Of a stretch of DNA of 64,000 nt, positions 28,203 to 37,665 are shown piece by piece. This DNA is from Thermoleophilia bacterium. GTDB taxonomy: Bacteria; Actinomycetota; Thermoleophilia; Miltoncostaeales; Miltoncostaeaceae. A program made the position numbers and the translations under genes. A model generated the notes under the pieces. That model saw nothing but the letters and a program-made list of their open reading frames with translations, searched no databases and was not told the DNA's origin. Each line of letters opens with the position of its first letter. Position 1 is the stretch's first letter. The stretch spans positions 13,447 through 77,446 of the forward strand of contig JADLHW010000097.1 of NCBI GenBank assembly GCA_020848615.1, written 5' to 3'.

Positions 28203-29683
28203 CCCGCCTCATGGGCATCGACATCGGCACCACGGCGACGAAGGCCATCGTCATCGACGCCGACGGGTCGACGGTCGCCCGGGCGGAGCGCCCCACGGAG
28301 CTCCGGTCGCCGCACCCGGGCTGGGCCGAGGAGGACCCGGGGCAGTGGTGGGACAACGTCGTCGGGCTCACCCGATCGCTCCCGCTGGACGGGGTCGCGG
28401 CGGTCGGCGTGAGCGGGATGGTGCCCTGCGTCGTGCTCGTCGACGCCGAGGGCGGCCACGTGCGCCCGTCGATCCAGCAGAACGACGCGCGCGCGGTCGC
28501 GGAGGTCGCCGAGCTGGCCGCCGAGCTCGACGCCGCCGACGTGCTCGCCCGCACCGGGTCGCCGGTCTCCCAGCAGTCGGTGGGCCCCACGATCCGCTGG
28601 CTCCGCCGCCACGAGTCGGCGGCGCTCGACGCCGCCCGCACCATCCAGGGCTCGTACGACCTCATCGCGCACCGCCTCACCGGTGAGCGGGCGGTCGAGC
28701 ACAACTGGGCGCTGGAGAGCGGGCTGTGGGACTGGCGGGCCGGGACGTGGGCGGCGGACATCTGCGCGGCCGCCGGGCTGGACCCGGCGCTGCTGCCGCC
28801 GGTGCGGGCCTCGAGTGAGGTGGTGGGCACGGTCACCGCACGGGCGGCCACGCAGACCGGCCTGCGGGAGGGGACCCCGGTGGTGGCGGGGTCCGCCGAC
28901 CACGTCGCGTCGGCGTTCGCCGCCGGCCTGGTGCGGCCGGGGGACCTGCTGGTGAAGCTCGGTGGCGCGGGCGACATCCTGCTGAGCACCGACGTCCCGC
29001 TCGTCGACCCCCGGCTCTACCTGGACTTCCACCTGGTGCCGGGGCGCTTCCTCCCGAACGGGTGCATGGCGGCGTCCGGCAGCTTCATCCGCTGGTTCCA
29101 GCGATGCATGGCGGGCGGTGCCGACCTGTCCGTGCTGGACGCCGAGGCGCGGGAGGCCGGCGCCGGTGCCGGCGGGATCGTGGCCCTGCCGTACATGCTC
29201 GGCGAGAAGACGCCGATCAACGATCCCCTGGCGCGCGGCGCGTTCGTGGGGCTCCACCTGGGGCACAGTCGTGGGCACCTGTTCCGCGCCGTGCTCGAGG
29301 CCATCTCGTACGGGTTCCGGCATCACCTCGACGTGTTCGCCGAGCTCGGCGCCCGGCCGGAACGTGTGCGGGTCACCAACGGCGGCGCCCGATCGGCGCT
29401 GTGGAAGCAGGTCACCGCGGATGTCATCGGGTACCCGCTGGAGACCCTCGGCGGCGAGGCCGGCTCCGCCCTGGGCGCGGCGTTCACCGCCGGGATGGGC
29501 GTCGGGGCGATCGGCGACTGGGCCGACATCGACCGGTTCGTGACGCCCGGGACGGTGGTGGAACCCGACCCGGCGTCGCACGCGCGCCACGAGGAGGGCT
29601 ACATGGTGTACCGCGAGCTGTACGACGCGCTCGCCCCGGCGGTCCGCCGGCTGGCGCGATCCGCGGGGGAGGCGGGGCCGTGA
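28199..29683 (+). CDS. FGGY-family carbohydrate kinase (xylulokinase/ribulokinase-like)
   Basis: GTG 28199 overlaps the upstream stop; ATG 28211 is an alternative. The sequence has MGIDIGTTATKA...HPGWAEEDP and ...GGGARSALW. Confidence 0.88.
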   Translation: MTRLMGIDIGTTATKAIVIDADGSTVARAERPTELRSPHPGWAEEDPGQWWDNVVGLTRSLPLDGVAAVGVSGMVPCVVLVDAEGGHVRPSIQQNDARAVAEVAELAAELDAADVLARTGSPVSQQSVGPTIRWLRRHESAALDAARTIQGSYDLIAHRLTGERAVEHNWALESGLWDWRAGTWAADICAAAGLDPALLPPVRASSEVVGTVTARAATQTGLREGTPVVAGSADHVASAFAAGLVRPGDLLVKLGGAGDILLSTDVPLVDPRLYLDFHLVPGRFLPNGCMAASGSFIRWFQRCMAGGADLSVLDAEAREAGAGAGGIVALPYMLGEKTPINDPLARGAFVGLHLGHSRGHLFRAVLEAISYGFRHHLDVFAELGARPERVRVTNGGARSALWKQVTADVIGYPLETLGGEAGSALGAAFTAGMGVGAIGDWADIDRFVTPGTVVEPDPASHARHEEGYMVYRELYDALAPAVRRLARSAGEAGP

Positions 29684-30432
29684 CCGCCGTCGTCACCGGC
29701 GCGGGAACCGGCATCGGCGCGGCGATCGCACGCGCCCTGGCGGCGGCCGGGCACGCCGTGGCCGTGACGGACGTCGACCTGGATGCGGCGACGGCCGTCG
29801 CCGCCGAGGTGGGCGGCCGCGCCTACCGCCTGGATGTCACCGACCCGGCGTCCGCCGAGGCGGCGTGCGCGGCGGCCGTCGCCGACCTGGGGCCGCTGCG
29901 CCTGTGGGTCTCAAACGCGGGCGTCTCGACCATGGCGAGGTTCACCGAGATCACCACCGACGAGTGGGACCTCAACATGAACGTCAACGCCAAGGGCGTG
30001 TTCCTGTGCGGCCAGGTGGCCGCGCGGCGGTTCATCGCCCAGGGCGGCGGCGGGGTCATCGTCAACACGGCCTCGATGGCGGGCAAGCGCGGCGCCGCGC
30101 CGTTCCTCGCCCACTACGTGGCCTCCAAGTTCGCGGTCGTCGGCCTCACGCAGGCCATGGCCGCGGAGCTCGCGCCGAACGGCGTGCGCGTGAACTGCGT
30201 GTGCCCCGGCTACGTGGCGACGGGCATGCAGTCGCGGGAGCTGGAATGGGAGGCCCGCCTGGGCGGGACCTCCGTGGAGCAGGTGAGGCAGTTCTACATC
30301 GACGACACGCCGCTCGGCCGGCTGCAGACCGCGGAGGACGTCGCGTCCGCCGTGGTCTTCCTCGCCGGCGACGGCGCGTCGTTCATCACCGGGGAGGCGC
30401 TCGCCGTGAACGGCGGCGCATTCATGGACTGA
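29680..30432 (+). CDS. Short-chain dehydrogenase/reductase (polyol or sugar-phosphate dehydrogenase-like)
   Basis: GTG 29680 overlaps the upstream stop. TGAGTGIG is the Rossmann motif, and the active site is YVASK (YxxxK). NAG is also present. Confidence 0.88.
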   Translation: MTAVVTGAGTGIGAAIARALAAAGHAVAVTDVDLDAATAVAAEVGGRAYRLDVTDPASAEAACAAAVADLGPLRLWVSNAGVSTMARFTEITTDEWDLNMNVNAKGVFLCGQVAARRFIAQGGGGVIVNTASMAGKRGAAPFLAHYVASKFAVVGLTQAMAAELAPNGVRVNCVCPGYVATGMQSRELEWEARLGGTSVEQVRQFYIDDTPLGRLQTAEDVASAVVFLAGDGASFITGEALAVNGGAFMD

Positions 30433-30446
30433 CACAAGGGGGAAGG

Positions 30447-31727
30447 ATGCGAAGGCTGCTCGCGCTGAGCGTGGCGCTGCTCGCACTGGCGCTCGCCGTC
30501 GCCGGGTGCGGCGGCGGGGACGATGACTCCGGTGGGACCGCCACCGGCGGGACACCGTCCGGGACGGTGCGCGTGATCATGGAGGAGGTCCCGGACACCG
30601 ACATCGTGAAGTCGCTCCTCCCCGAGTTCCAGAAGGAGTTCCCGGACGTCGACGTCCAGGTCGAGGCCCTGCCCTACGACCAGATGCGCGACCGCATCGT
30701 GAGCTCGTTCCTGGCGTCGGATCCCACGTACGACATGATCGTCGTCGACAACCCGTGGATGTACGACTTCGCCAAGGGCGACTTCCTGCTGCCCCTGGAT
30801 GACCGCATCACCGCCGCGCAGGACTTCGACCACGAGGACTTCGCGCAGCCGCTGCGGGACATCGCCGAGGTGGACGGCGCGACCTACGGGGTGCCGTTCT
30901 ACAACTACGCGCTCGGGCTCATCTACCGGAAGGACCTGTACGCGCAGGCCGGCCTCACGCCGCCCACGACGCTCGCCGAGCTGAAGGCCGCGGCCGCGAA
31001 GCTCAACACCGGCGGCCGCGCCGGCATCGCCATGCAGCCGCAGAAGGGCTACAAGATCTTCGAGGAGTGGGGCAACTACCTGTTCGGCGCCGGCGGCGCC
31101 ATCCAGGACGCCGACAACGCCGTCGTCCTGGACTCGCCCGAGGCGCGCACGGCGCTGCAGGAGTACATCGACATCTACAAGGCGTCGGCGCCGAAGAACT
31201 CCCTCAACTGGGCGTTCGACGAGTCGCTGCGCGCGGTGGCCGGCGACAAGGCCGCCCAGATGATCTCGTACAACTGGATGCTCCCCACCCTGAACAAGGC
31301 CGACGGGCCCGCGGGCAAGCTGGCCGGGAAGTTCGCGCTGGCCGAGGTGCCGGGCGGCAAGTCGATCCTGGGCTCGTGGTCCTGGGCGATCCCGAAGAAC
31401 TCGGCGTCCCCGGACGCCGCGTGGGCGTTCATCGCATGGGTCACCTCGAAGCAGCACGAGAAGGAGCGGGTCATCGCCGGCGGCGCGCCGGTGCGGGCCA
31501 GCGCGATGTCCGACCCCGAGGTGTGGGAGCAGGGCTTCGGCGAGGACTACTACACGACGGTCGCCTCCATCCTCGAGGACGCCGCGCCGCTCGCGGACGG
31601 CCCCAACGCGGAGGAGATGATCAACGTGGTCGGCGAGGACCTCAACGCGGCGGTCGCCGGGCAGGAGTCCGTCGACGACGCGATCTCCTCGGCGGCGAGC
31701 GGGGCGCAGGAGACGCTCGACAAGTAG
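30447..31727 (+). CDS. ABC transporter sugar-binding lipoprotein (family 1 SBP)
   Basis: ATG 30447 follows GGAAGG. The lipobox is LAVAGC, followed by a typical extracellular solute-binding protein sequence. Confidence 0.85.
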   Translation: MRRLLALSVALLALALAVAGCGGGDDDSGGTATGGTPSGTVRVIMEEVPDTDIVKSLLPEFQKEFPDVDVQVEALPYDQMRDRIVSSFLASDPTYDMIVVDNPWMYDFAKGDFLLPLDDRITAAQDFDHEDFAQPLRDIAEVDGATYGVPFYNYALGLIYRKDLYAQAGLTPPTTLAELKAAAAKLNTGGRAGIAMQPQKGYKIFEEWGNYLFGAGGAIQDADNAVVLDSPEARTALQEYIDIYKASAPKNSLNWAFDESLRAVAGDKAAQMISYNWMLPTLNKADGPAGKLAGKFALAEVPGGKSILGSWSWAIPKNSASPDAAWAFIAWVTSKQHEKERVIAGGAPVRASAMSDPEVWEQGFGEDYYTTVASILEDAAPLADGPNAEEMINVVGEDLNAAVAGQESVDDAISSAASGAQETLDK

Positions 31728-31775
31728 CGCGCACCGCGGGGCCCCGGCCGGACGCCGGGGCCCCGCCCGCGACCC

Positions 31776-32636
31776 ATGCTCAGACGCATCCCCATCGGCT
31801 ACCGGTTCCTGACGCCGCTCGCGGTCGTGTTCGCGGCGGTGTTCGCGTACCCGTTCGTCTACTCGCTCTGGCTGTCCCTGACGAACTACACGATCACGCG
31901 CCGCAACGAGACGCGGTTCGTGGGCATCGACCAGTACACGGGGCTGCTCGACAACGACACGTACCGGCAGGCCCTGGTGAACACGTTCGTGTTCGTCCTG
32001 CTGGCCGTCTCCCTGGAGCTCCTCCTGGGGCTCGCGCTGGCGCTGTGCCTGCAGCGGCAGCGGTGGGCGCGGAACGTCACCCGCGCATTCCTGCTCGCGC
32101 CGATGTTCGTGACGCCGATCGCCGTGGGCCTCATGTTCCGATTCCTGCTGAACCAGCAGATCGGCGTGATCCCCGAGATCCTCGGCACCTTCGGCCTGGA
32201 GATCGACTTCTTCGGGCCGGACCTCGCGCTGTTCTCGATGGTCGCCATCGACGTGTGGCAGTGGACGCCGTTCATGGTCCTGCTGCTCCTCGCCGGGCTC
32301 GAGAGCCTGCCGAAGCAGCCGTTCGAGGCCGCCCGCGTGGACGGCGCCTCGCGGTGGCTCACGTTCCGCAGCGTCACGCTGCCCCTCCTGAAGCCGGTGA
32401 TCGTGGTCGCGGTGCTGCTGCGCGCCCTCGACGCCTTCAAGGTGTTCGAGTACGTGTTCGCGATCACCAGGGGCGGGCCCGGCACCGCGACCGAGACGAT
32501 CCAGTACCAGGTGTACCGCACGGGCATCGGCTTCTTCCGGCTGGGCGAGGCCGCCGCAATGGCGTTCGTGCTGGTGGCGGTCGTCCTCACCATCGTGGTG
32601 GTGCTGTTCCGCCGGCTCATGCGGGAGGCCACGTGA
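31776..32636 (+). CDS. ABC sugar transporter permease (MalF/UgpA-like)
   Basis: 286-aa ORF with 6 TM helices. The EAA-loop region is ...FEAARVDGASRWLTFRSVTLPLL. Confidence 0.88.
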   Translation: MLRRIPIGYRFLTPLAVVFAAVFAYPFVYSLWLSLTNYTITRRNETRFVGIDQYTGLLDNDTYRQALVNTFVFVLLAVSLELLLGLALALCLQRQRWARNVTRAFLLAPMFVTPIAVGLMFRFLLNQQIGVIPEILGTFGLEIDFFGPDLALFSMVAIDVWQWTPFMVLLLLAGLESLPKQPFEAARVDGASRWLTFRSVTLPLLKPVIVVAVLLRALDAFKVFEYVFAITRGGPGTATETIQYQVYRTGIGFFRLGEAAAMAFVLVAVVLTIVVVLFRRLMREAT

Positions 32637-33433
32637 GCCGTCCGCTGCGCGCGCTGTTCCTGGTGATCGCCGTCGTCGCGGTGGCCTTCCCGTTCGCCTG
32701 GGTCGTGCTCATCTCGTTCAAGAGCCGGGTGGATCTCAACGACCCCTCCAGCCTGTCGTTCACCCCGACCTCGGCCAACTGGTCGGAGGTGCTGCACGGC
32801 GGCGTGCTGGAGGCGGCGCTGCGCAGCGTGGAGGTGGGGCTGGCGACCGTATCGGTGTCGCTCGTGGCCGGCACGCTCGGCGCCTACGCGATCTCCCGCT
32901 TCAAGGCGGGTGGCGGCCCCGCGCGGTTCGGGATCCTGCTGGCGCAGCTCATGCCGCCGGCGGTGTTGGTGGTGCCGCTCTTCATCCTGTTCTTCAACTG
33001 GAACCTGCGGGACACGATCTGGGCGGTCATCGCCGCCCACCTCACGTTCGTGCTGCCCGTGGTGACCTGGTTCATGATCGGCTTCTTCGACGCCGTCCCG
33101 CGCGAGCTCGAGGAGCAGGCGATGATCGACGGGTACGGGCGGTTCGGCGCCTTCCGGCGGGTCGTCCTGCCGCAGGTGCTCCCCGGCCTGGGAGCGGCCG
33201 CGATCTTCGGGTTCGTCCTGTCCTGGAACGACCTGTTCTACGCCCTCATCCTCGCCGGCGGGAACGCGGAGACGCTGCCCGTCGCGATCTCCTCGTACAA
33301 CACCTTCCGCGGCGTGGAGCTCGGCGCGATGTCGGCCGCCATCCTCGTCTCGGTGGTGCCCGTGCTCATCGCGAGCTTCTTCGTGCAGAAGCGGCTCGTC
33401 CGTGGAATCTCCGGCGGAGGGCTCAAGTACTGA
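32633..33433 (+). CDS. ABC sugar transporter permease (MalG/UgpE-like)
   Basis: GTG 32633 overlaps the upstream stop. The EAA loop is ELEEQAMIDGYGRFGAFRRVVLPQV. Confidence 0.88.
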   Translation: MSRPLRALFLVIAVVAVAFPFAWVVLISFKSRVDLNDPSSLSFTPTSANWSEVLHGGVLEAALRSVEVGLATVSVSLVAGTLGAYAISRFKAGGGPARFGILLAQLMPPAVLVVPLFILFFNWNLRDTIWAVIAAHLTFVLPVVTWFMIGFFDAVPRELEEQAMIDGYGRFGAFRRVVLPQVLPGLGAAAIFGFVLSWNDLFYALILAGGNAETLPVAISSYNTFRGVELGAMSAAILVSVVPVLIASFFVQKRLVRGISGGGLKY

Positions 33434-34491
33434 TGGCAGAGATCCGTGTGGAGGCCCTCCGCAAGCGGTTCGGCGAGGTCACCGCCGTCGACGACATCGA
33501 CCTCGTGATCGCCGACGGGGGCATCACGGTCCTCGTGGGGCCGTCGGGGTGCGGCAAGACGACAACGCTGCGGATGATCGCCGGCCTCGAGGACGTGACG
33601 GGCGGGCGCATCCTCATCGGCGAGCGGGACGTGACCTCCGCCGAGCCGAAGGACCGCGACCTGGCGATGGTGTTCCAGAACTACGCCCTATACCCGCACA
33701 TGACGGCCTTCCAGAACATGGCCTTCGCCCTGAAGGCCCGCGACACGCCGCACGATGAGATCCGGGACCGGGTGATGCACGCCGCGGAGTTGCTGGGCAT
33801 CACGGACCTGCTGGAGCGCCGGCCGAAGGCCCTGTCCGGCGGGCAGCAGCAGCGCGTCGCGATCGGGCGGGCGATCGTGCGGCAGCCCGCCGCGTTCCTG
33901 TTCGACGAGCCGCTCTCCAACCTGGACGCCAAGCTCCGGGTCGAGATGCGCACCGAGATCCTCAAGCTGCAGAAGGAGCTCAACGCGACCATCCTGTACG
34001 TCACCCACGACCAGGAGGAGGCGATGACCCTCGCCGACGAGATGGTCGTGATGCGGGCCGGGGCGATCGCCCAGCAGGGGCCTCCGCGTGTCGTCTACGC
34101 CGAGCCGGCGTCCGAGTTCGTGGGCGGCTTCGTGGGCTCACCCCCCATGAACGTCATCGCGGGGGAGGCTTCCGGCGGCGTGTTCCGCGCGGAGGGCCTG
34201 GAGGTGCCCGTGCCGCTCACCGCGGCGGGACCGGCCCGGCTGGGCGTGCGTCCCGAGCACCTGCGGCCCTCGGGTCCCGGTGAGGCGACCCTCACCGCGG
34301 ACGTCGAGGTGATCGAGTTCCTGGGCTCCTCCGGCATCGTGTCCCTGCGGCGGGGCAACGGGGACTCCCTGAAGGCCTTGGTGCCCGCCGACGCCCTCGA
34401 ATCCGTGCTGCCCGGCGCCGCGTGCCCGTTCCGGATCGACCCCGGGCATCTGCACCTGTTCAGCGCGGACGGGTCGGCCCGCCTGCACTGA
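33433..34491 (+). CDS. ABC sugar transporter ATP-binding protein (MalK/UgpC-like)
   Basis: 352-aa ORF. Walker A is GPSGCGKTT, the signature is LSGGQQQRV, and Walker B is FLFDEPLSNLD. A C-terminal TOBE-like domain follows. Confidence 0.92.
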   Translation: MAEIRVEALRKRFGEVTAVDDIDLVIADGGITVLVGPSGCGKTTTLRMIAGLEDVTGGRILIGERDVTSAEPKDRDLAMVFQNYALYPHMTAFQNMAFALKARDTPHDEIRDRVMHAAELLGITDLLERRPKALSGGQQQRVAIGRAIVRQPAAFLFDEPLSNLDAKLRVEMRTEILKLQKELNATILYVTHDQEEAMTLADEMVVMRAGAIAQQGPPRVVYAEPASEFVGGFVGSPPMNVIAGEASGGVFRAEGLEVPVPLTAAGPARLGVRPEHLRPSGPGEATLTADVEVIEFLGSSGIVSLRRGNGDSLKALVPADALESVLPGAACPFRIDPGHLHLFSADGSARLH

Positions 34492-34499
34492 GGTCCGGC

Positions 34500-35165
34500 T
34501 CAGGGCGTGACGGTGAGGTCGGCGGTCATCACGCCGTGCCCCGGCACCGTGCAGCGGAAGGTCCACGTGCCCGCCGTGAGGACCACGGTCTGCGCGTCCT
34601 CGCCGTTCGCGAGGGGGGGGAACGATGCGGTGGCGACGCCCGCTCCGGAGGGCCGCACGTCGAGGGTGTGCTGGATCGTGCCCTCGCTCTTCCGGCGCAC
34701 CGTGTAGGTCCCGGCGGGGACCGACGCGACGCCGAGCGTGAGCCGCAGCTGGCCGGCCTCGATGAACTGGCGCACGACCAGCTCCGGCTGGGCCGGGGCG
34801 GTGGTGGTGCCGGACGTCGTGGTGCCCGGGGCGGTGGTCACGGTGGACGGCGCGGTGGGCGTGGTGGGGGTGGCGGGCGTCGTGCGGACGCGCACCGGGA
34901 CGCGCACGCGCTTGCAGACCCTCCGCTTCACGACCTTCCCGCGCCTGCGGACGACCTTGCCCGCGCGCTTGACGGGCACCAGTCTGCACCGGCGTACGAC
35001 GCGGTAGGTCCGCTGCAGCTCCGACGCGCCGTGGTGCGCGGACGCGGATGCCCCGGTGGCGGCCGGCGTGCCGGAGCCCCCGGTCATGCCGGCGAGGCTC
35101 ATCGCCGCCGACAGGAGGGCCGCGACGGCGATCACGAGGATCGTGGGCAGACTTCGGCGATGCAC
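34500..35165 (-). CDS. Secreted cupredoxin-domain (blue copper-like) protein
   Basis: GTG 35165 is followed by a signal peptide and a Thr/Pro-rich linker. The C-terminal ...TWTFRCTVPGHGVMTADLTV carries a Cys-x4-His-x2-Met type-1 copper ligand pattern (inference). Confidence 0.7.
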   Translation of the reverse strand: MHRRSLPTILVIAVAALLSAAMSLAGMTGGSGTPAATGASASAHHGASELQRTYRVVRRCRLVPVKRAGKVVRRRGKVVKRRVCKRVRVPVRVRTTPATPTTPTAPSTVTTAPGTTTSGTTTAPAQPELVVRQFIEAGQLRLTLGVASVPAGTYTVRRKSEGTIQHTLDVRPSGAGVATASFPPLANGEDAQTVVLTAGTWTFRCTVPGHGVMTADLTVTP

Positions 35166-35221
35166 GGGACGAGCTTGAACCGGACGTGCGTCCGGACGCC
35201 ACCCCGTGAGGGCCGGACCGG

Positions 35222-35674
35222 TCAGGCCGAGAAGCTGTCCCCGCAGGAGCAGGTTCCCGTGGCGTTCGGGTTCCGGATCCGGAAGCCGCTGCGCAGCAGC
35301 CCCGACTCGTAGTCGATGACGGACCCGGTCACCTGGATGGCGCTCTTCAGGTCCATGAGCACCCGCACGCCGGAGGACTCGGTCTCGCGGTCGGCCGGCG
35401 CGGCCACCTCACCGGCGTCCAGGAGGTCCAGCTTGTACTCCAGCCCCGAGCACCCGCCGGCCAGGATCCGCAGCCGCACGCCGGCCTGCTTGCCCAGGCG
35501 CGCCGCCGACTCGCGGATGTACGCGGCGGCCGGTGCGGTGACCTCGATGAGGGCCGCCCCGCCGCCGGACTCCTGCGCCTCCCGCGCCGCGCGGGCACGG
35601 GCCCGGGCCGCGGCCTTCTTCTCCTCGAGCGTGAGGGGACGGTCGGGGGCGGGGGCGGCGGCCGGCTCAGCCAT
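35222..35674 (-). CDS. sufA: HesB/IscA-family iron-sulfur cluster insertion protein
   Basis: 150-aa ORF. The sequence has ...RLRILAGGCSGLEYKL... and the C-terminal GTCSCGDSF signature. An Ala-rich N-terminal extension is present. Confidence 0.88.
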   Translation of the reverse strand: MAEPAAAPAPDRPLTLEEKKAAARARARAAREAQESGGGAALIEVTAPAAAYIRESAARLGKQAGVRLRILAGGCSGLEYKLDLLDAGEVAAPADRETESSGVRVLMDLKSAIQVTGSVIDYESGLLRSGFRIRNPNATGTCSCGDSFSA

Positions 35675-35978
35675 AGCCCATCACCTTCATCATGAAACGG
35701 CCCTCCTCGCTCATGGAGTCCGGGCTCCACGGCGGGTCCCACACCCAGTTGATGTCCACGCCGCGCACCCCGTCCAGGGGCTCCAGCGCGGCCCGGCTGT
35801 CGGCGAGGATCTGCTCCGTGAGCGGACAGCCCATGGAGGTGAGGGTCATGTCGAGGGTGACATTGCCCTCATCGTCCTGCCGGACGCCGTAGAGGAGGCC
35901 CAGATCCACGATGTTGATCCCGAGCTCCGGGTCCTCGACCTCCTTCATCGCGCTGCGGATGTCGTCCTCGGTGGCCAT
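35667..35978 (-). CDS. sufT: SufT / DUF59 (MIP18-family) Fe-S assembly protein
   Basis: ATG 35978. The sequence is IRSAMKEVEDPELGINIVDLGLLYGV...LTSMGCPL. Confidence 0.85.
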   Translation of the reverse strand: MATEDDIRSAMKEVEDPELGINIVDLGLLYGVRQDDEGNVTLDMTLTSMGCPLTEQILADSRAALEPLDGVRGVDINWVWDPPWSPDSMSEEGRFMMKVMGYG

Positions 35979-35979
35979 G

Positions 35980-36420
35980 TCATCGCTCCGTGGTCGCACT
36001 GTGGGTCTGGAGGGCGTCCTTCAACGCCATCCATGAGAGCAGGGCGCACTTCACCCGCACCGGGTACTTCGCGACGCCCTCCAGGGCGATCGCGTCCCCC
36101 AGCCGGTCCTCGTCGGGCTCGGTCTGCCGGTGCATCATGAGCCGGAAGTGCTCGACGAGCTCCAGCGCGTCGTCGACCGGCATGCCGGCCACCGCCTCGC
36201 TCATCATCGAGGCCGACGCCTGGGAGATCGAGCAGCCGTCGCCGGTGTGCGCCACGCCGGCGATGCGGCCGTCCTCCAGCAGCACGCCCAGGTGCAGCTG
36301 GTCGCCGCACACCGGGTTGTTGTGGTCCACCTCCACCGACGGGTGCTCCAGCTCCCCGCGGTGCCGCGGCTTGCGGTAGTGGTCCAGGATGATCTGCTGG
36401 TAGAGGTCCTCGAGTCCCAT
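35980..36420 (-). CDS. sufU: SufU-type Fe-S cluster scaffold / sulfurtransferase
   Basis: ATG 36420 overlaps the sufS stop. The sequence is LYQQIILDHYRKPRHRG...NPVCGDQL...GDGCSIS...VKCALL. Confidence 0.9.
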   Translation of the reverse strand: MGLEDLYQQIILDHYRKPRHRGELEHPSVEVDHNNPVCGDQLHLGVLLEDGRIAGVAHTGDGCSISQASASMMSEAVAGMPVDDALELVEHFRLMMHRQTEPDEDRLGDAIALEGVAKYPVRVKCALLSWMALKDALQTHSATTER

Positions 36421-37661
36421 CAGGCCGCCATGAAGGCCCGCGCCTCGGCGAGCGCCGCCGCGAGCGTGTCGATGTCCTGATGAGTGTTGTACACGTACGT
36501 GCTCGCCCGCGCCGTGGCACCCACACCCAGGGTCCGCATGAGCGGCTTCGCGCAGTGGTGCCCGGCCCGCACGCACACCCCCTGGCGGTCCACGAGCTGG
36601 GCGATGTCGTGGGGGTGCATGTCGGGCACCGAGAAGCTGATGGGGCAGCCCCGGGCATCCGGGTCCTGCGGGCCGTAGATCGTGATGCCGTCGATCTGCG
36701 ACAGCACCCCCAGCGCGTACGCCGTGAGGCTGCGCTCATGGGCGCGCACCGCGTCCATGCCGATCGCCATGAGGTAGTCCGCGGCGGCGCCCAGGCCCAC
36801 CGACTCGGCGATGGGCGGCGTGCCCGCCTCGAACTTGTACGGCAGCTCGGCCCAGTCCGAGCCGTCGGTGCGGACGTCGGAGATCATCTCGCCGCCGCCC
36901 AGGAACGGCTCCATCGCATCGAGGGTCGCGGGATCGGCCACCAGCACCCCGATGCCGGTGGGGCCCAGCATCTTGTGCCCCGTGAACGCCATGAAGTCGG
37001 CGCCCGTGTCGGCGAACCGCACGGGCATGTGCGGGACGCTCTGGGAGGCGTCCACCAGCACCTTCGCCCCGTACGTGTGCGCCATGCGGGCGATGTCGGC
37101 CACCGGGTTGATCGTGCCCAGGACGTTGGAGACGTGGACGACGGCGACCATCCGCACCGGCTCGGTGCGGAGCGTCACCTCCAGCCACTCCAGGTCGAGC
37201 CGCCCGTCGCCGTCCACCGGCGTGAACAGGACCCGCGCCCCGGTGATCTTCGCGACCAGCTGCCACGGCACGATGTTGCTGTGGTGCTCCATCTCGGTCA
37301 CCACGATCGCGTCGCCGGGCTTCAGCGACCGGACGCCCCACGCCCACGCCACCAGGTTGATCGCCTCGGAGGCGTTCTTGGTGAACACGGTGCCGCGCCG
37401 GTCGGCGCCCACGAGCCTCGCCACGGAGAACCGGCCGGCCTCGTACCGGTCGGTGGCCTCGGCGGCGAGCGTGTAGACGCCGCGATGCACGTTGGCGTTG
37501 GTCTCGGTGTAGTACCGGTCCATCGCGTCCAGCACGCACCGGGGCTTCTGGGAGGTGGCCGCGGAGTCCAGGTACACCAGCGGCGCGCCGCCGACCTCCC
37601 GGGCGAGGATCGGGAAGTCGGCGCGCAGCGCCCGCGGGTCGAGCTCCGCGGCCCCCGTCAT
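36420..37661 (-). CDS. sufS: Cysteine desulfurase SufS
   Basis: 413-aa ORF. The sequence has ...YLDSAATSQKP...HHSNIVPW...FTGHKMLGPTGIGVL...RAGHHCAKPL, giving the PLP-Lys and catalytic Cys. Confidence 0.93.
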   Translation of the reverse strand: MTGAAELDPRALRADFPILAREVGGAPLVYLDSAATSQKPRCVLDAMDRYYTETNANVHRGVYTLAAEATDRYEAGRFSVARLVGADRRGTVFTKNASEAINLVAWAWGVRSLKPGDAIVVTEMEHHSNIVPWQLVAKITGARVLFTPVDGDGRLDLEWLEVTLRTEPVRMVAVVHVSNVLGTINPVADIARMAHTYGAKVLVDASQSVPHMPVRFADTGADFMAFTGHKMLGPTGIGVLVADPATLDAMEPFLGGGEMISDVRTDGSDWAELPYKFEAGTPPIAESVGLGAAADYLMAIGMDAVRAHERSLTAYALGVLSQIDGITIYGPQDPDARGCPISFSVPDMHPHDIAQLVDRQGVCVRAGHHCAKPLMRTLGVGATARASTYVYNTHQDIDTLAAALAEARAFMAA

Positions 37662-37665
37662 GCGC

